DNA of 62,121 nt, the filler included, from Gemmatimonadota bacterium (GTDB lineage Bacteria; 4572-55; J002), in the NCBI GenBank assembly GCA_003697105.1. It is 5 parts of 5 records of this genome, joined end to end, with 100 filler letters (N's around TTAATTAATTAA, not from the genome) between each part and the next. Parts side by side here need not be neighbours in the genome. Positions count along the whole stretch, not along the records: positions 59,222 to 62,121 come from RFFQ01000019.1; 4 more parts are not named here. One strand, 5' to 3'. Position 1 is the stretch's first letter; each line of letters begins with the position of its first letter. Position numbers and translations under genes: made by a program. The notes below the pieces were generated by a model. That model searched no databases. It saw only the letters and a list, made by a program, of their open reading frames with translations, and was not told the DNA's origin. Of this stretch, positions 59,222 through 62,121 are shown piece after piece.

Positions 59222-61838
59222 ACTTAAAGGCGTAAATCATTCCGGTTAGCGCGGTGGTATTGGGTTGGTAATTTGTCATAGAGAGTATTTGATACCCGAA
59301 TTTTTCCAGCATATGCTCAATCGATTGCGGTCCCTGTTCGTGCCATTCAATCAGCAATATATCAAATTGGTCCAGCAGATTATTAGTCCATAGGTTATCC
59401 AGAATTTCATATTCGCTTCCTTCCACATCGATTTTGAGTATTTTTTGATGCGCTGGATAATCTTCCAGAATCGGTTGCAGTACCTCATGAGCGCTGCGGA
59501 ACTGGACTAGCGTAGTTTCCAAGGTATCGGTTTCAGAATATATACCGGATTGAAACACCCCGTTAAGGCTCAAGTGTTGCTTGGAATAAGTCATTTCTGC
59601 CGTGCGGTTTTCATTGCCTAAACCAAAAGGAAAAACCTTAATTTTCGGGGTAATCGAAGGGTTCAAAGCGATATTCTGTTCGGCTAATTGGGCTGTATAG
59701 GGAAAGAGTTCATACCCAAACAACTGTTCCACTAAATCGAATTGAGCAAAATAGAGGCTGGTGAAGCCAACGTTCATGCCCAGATCGAATACAATGGCCG
59801 GTTTCGTGAGGTGTACATGGTAGCACCGGTGGATGAAGACTTCCTCAAACACATAGTAATTGTTGGATGCCGTAAAATAAAAACGAATATCTTCGTACCG
59901 GATGATGATTTTACCATCCGGGTGCTGTTCCATGCTTAGATCATAATGGTGCATTAATTTTTGAAAACCGGTACAGCCATTCAGCAACGCCATTTGGTCG
60001 GGGAACCGGAGGGAAATATTCAATAGCGGTAGCTCCAGCATGTTTTTTTCGGCATGATACCGGACTTCATCAATAGAGACCGGTTCTGTAAATAACCGCA
60101 TGGTCACGTCGCAATTCCTGATTTTGGATATCGCCGCTTTGTAATATGCCCAATCTTTTAATTTTAAGGGAAACTGCTTTATTCGATTCAAGATGCTCTT
60201 ATGGGTGTTCGGGAATGGGTCTTTTTGGGAGGCTATCCAAAAGATACAGGGAATGAACCGTACTTTTTCTATCAGTGATAATTGGGGCAGTTTCGTACAA
60301 TCTGCCGCTAATTGTACGGCAAACGTAAGGGTTGGAAATAGTGCCGAAGCTTTGCTCTGAACCTTGATGGCAGCTAAATTCTGTTGCAGACCACCGCCAA
60401 TTCCGTTCATTTGTTTTCGGAAATAAAAGTAGGGGAGTTGGATGAAGGCTCCTCTCAGAGCAAGTTCAGCCACAAAAAAGAGATCAAAGGCTAATCGTTT
60501 TTTGAAAAGTATGGTACTGGCTACTGATCGCCGCATCATCCCATAAAACGTGTTATTGAGCCACTGAATCTGCGGCAAGATGGTGGCTAATCGTTTGGCC
60601 GGGGACGTTTGGTTCAGGGTATGCACGTATTCGGGGTGGGAATGAAGTTGGCTATTTTGAACGATACTGCTATTTGTGGCGCACAAAACCGCTTCAGGAT
60701 GCGTTTCCAATGCCTCCACACACACTTCGATGTACTTCTCATGCCACCAATCGTCATCACATGCCCACATCAGATATTTGCCCCGCGCGTTTTGCCGCAA
60801 AAATTCGTGATTACCGATAATTCCCAAATTGTGATCTTGCCGGTAATAGCGGATGCGTGAATCTCTGGCACAGGCTTCTTCTGCAATGGTTTGAACCCGT
60901 TTATCTGGTGAGGCATCGTCCGAAATAATGATTTCCAGATTTTTATAGGACTGTTGAGTGATCCTTTCCAGAGTGTGGGCGAGTCCATCCGGGCGATTAT
61001 ACGCCAAAATGCAGACGGAAACCAAAGGTTTATCTGGCGGAGGTGTTGAGGGCGATTTTTCAGTGCGGATTGTTATTTGAGGCTTAGTTTTAGAGGTTTC
61101 TGGGGGAATCACTTTTTCATACCCCAAAAGTTCAAAATCTCGTTCAAATAGCCGGTTTATCTTACGGATCGACTCGGGTCTCATTCGATGGATATAGCGG
61201 TAGCCAAACGGATTGTTGGCTGATTCCCCATTCCGATCCGTCCCACTTCTGACATTTTTGTTAATAACCGGAGCATTAGCAATGTTTACTCGGTCCAGAA
61301 ATGCCTGAAAATCCATCTCGAAATTCTCAACCCGACCAATAAACGACGCCAGTTGTTGGTCCCCAAGATGTGTCCAGTAATGTGCGGGATGGAGCAGAAA
61401 ATTAGTATTCCGTCCGCTGTCATAAATTTGATCCTCGGTTACCCCATCAAACCATTCATCAAAATCCAGATGAGCTTGATACAATTGGGTGGAGATTTCC
61501 GCCAGTTGTTTCATGACGTGATCCCGTATCCAAGATTCTGGGAAATTTTCATTCGGCTCCCATTCCAGATCGTATTGAAGTTGCTGGAATCCCGAATAGA
61601 CCCGGTCATAAGGATTTCTCACAAAGGAAGCTACTAGGTAGTCGAGTTTACTCTCCGGAAGACAGACGAAGTCGGCACAGGTAATGTGCTGATGTACGAT
61701 CCGGTTGAGGTAGGGGTTGAAATAAAAGAACTTATCATACGGGCTTTCATCGTAGGGCATTAATCGGGCGGTAAGAGTCTGGCTGGCAGCTTTCCACGGC
61801 AAAAGCATTACAAATTTTTTGGTGTGCGAGATGATCAT
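59222..61838 (-). CDS. Fusion: sulfotransferase family 2 + GT2 glycosyltransferase + FkbM methyltransferase (stop codon not seen)
   Basis: IISH..KFV..PWKAASQT, FVRNPYDRVYS, FIGRVENF; LVSVCILAYNR, IIISDDAS, WACDDD; VFDLGMNVG, LKIDVEGSE. Confidence 0.88.
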
Positions 61839-61876
61839 CGGGTAAAGACACTATTCATCTTGAATTTTATGATTAT

Positions 61877-62040
61877 TTATGACTGCTTGAGCCACTTTTT
61901 ACGAAAGGCTTTGATTTCATCGGGAGTACAAAAATGGGTCATATATTTGGAGTTATAACGCCTAAGTCCTCTTTTATTCCGTGTCTGAATGCCTCATTTA
62001 CTGTTGTTGACCCCACCTTTGACATCGTGTGAACGAGATT
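61877..62040 (-). pseudogene. Remnant of a sulfotransferase-like capsular polysaccharide (NKWYS-type) gene
   Basis: N-terminal-type motif LVHTMSKVGSTTV joined out of frame to C-terminal-type RYNSKYMTHFCTPDEIKAFRKKW; 5' end abuts the repeat. Confidence 0.55.
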
Positions 62041-62121
62041 TAAGTACACGTCAAAAGTGTAATAACTCTTTTGAATTCAATGGGTTTCAGATGTATATAG
62101 GCAATGATTGATTGTCATTCA
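62041..62121 (-). repeat. 81-bp dispersed repeat, copy 2 (possible IS/MITE end), runs off the window
   Basis: Reverse complement of 29373-29453 with 3 mismatches. Confidence 0.85.

Overview
Bacterial draft/metagenomic DNA made of five unrelated contigs. They are joined by artificial 100-nt N spacers containing TTAATTAATTAA (29243-29342, 43894-43993, 50944-51043, 59122-59221), so adjacency across the gaps has no meaning. Several secreted proteins ending in a YPNPFNP/FlgD-type domain and a Bacteroidota-like cbb3 cluster suggest an FCB-superphylum organism (inference). Contig 1 carries glyA, fabI, two class III cyclases, a PTS-EIIA/PII-like/twin antiporter operon, a TPR hybrid kinase, groES-groEL (CIRCE plus sigma-54-like promoter), tRNA-Gly(CCC) and an NSS transporter. 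Contig 2 carries cheB, a TetR-controlled LolA/LolCDE-like ABC operon, an M23 peptidase, an MCP and purine nucleoside phosphorylase. Contig 3 carries ccoQPGH, an M6 protease and dockerin-like proteins. Contig 4 is the most unusual locus: a beta-barrel, a sensor kinase and a sigma-54 activator, followed by a secreted protein joining three c-type heme motifs to cohesin-dockerin-cohesin modules and a sorting domain. Contig 5 carries a sulfotransferase-GT2-FkbM fusion, a gene remnant and one copy of an 81-bp dispersed repeat. Domain calls come from motif recognition by eye; no searches were run.
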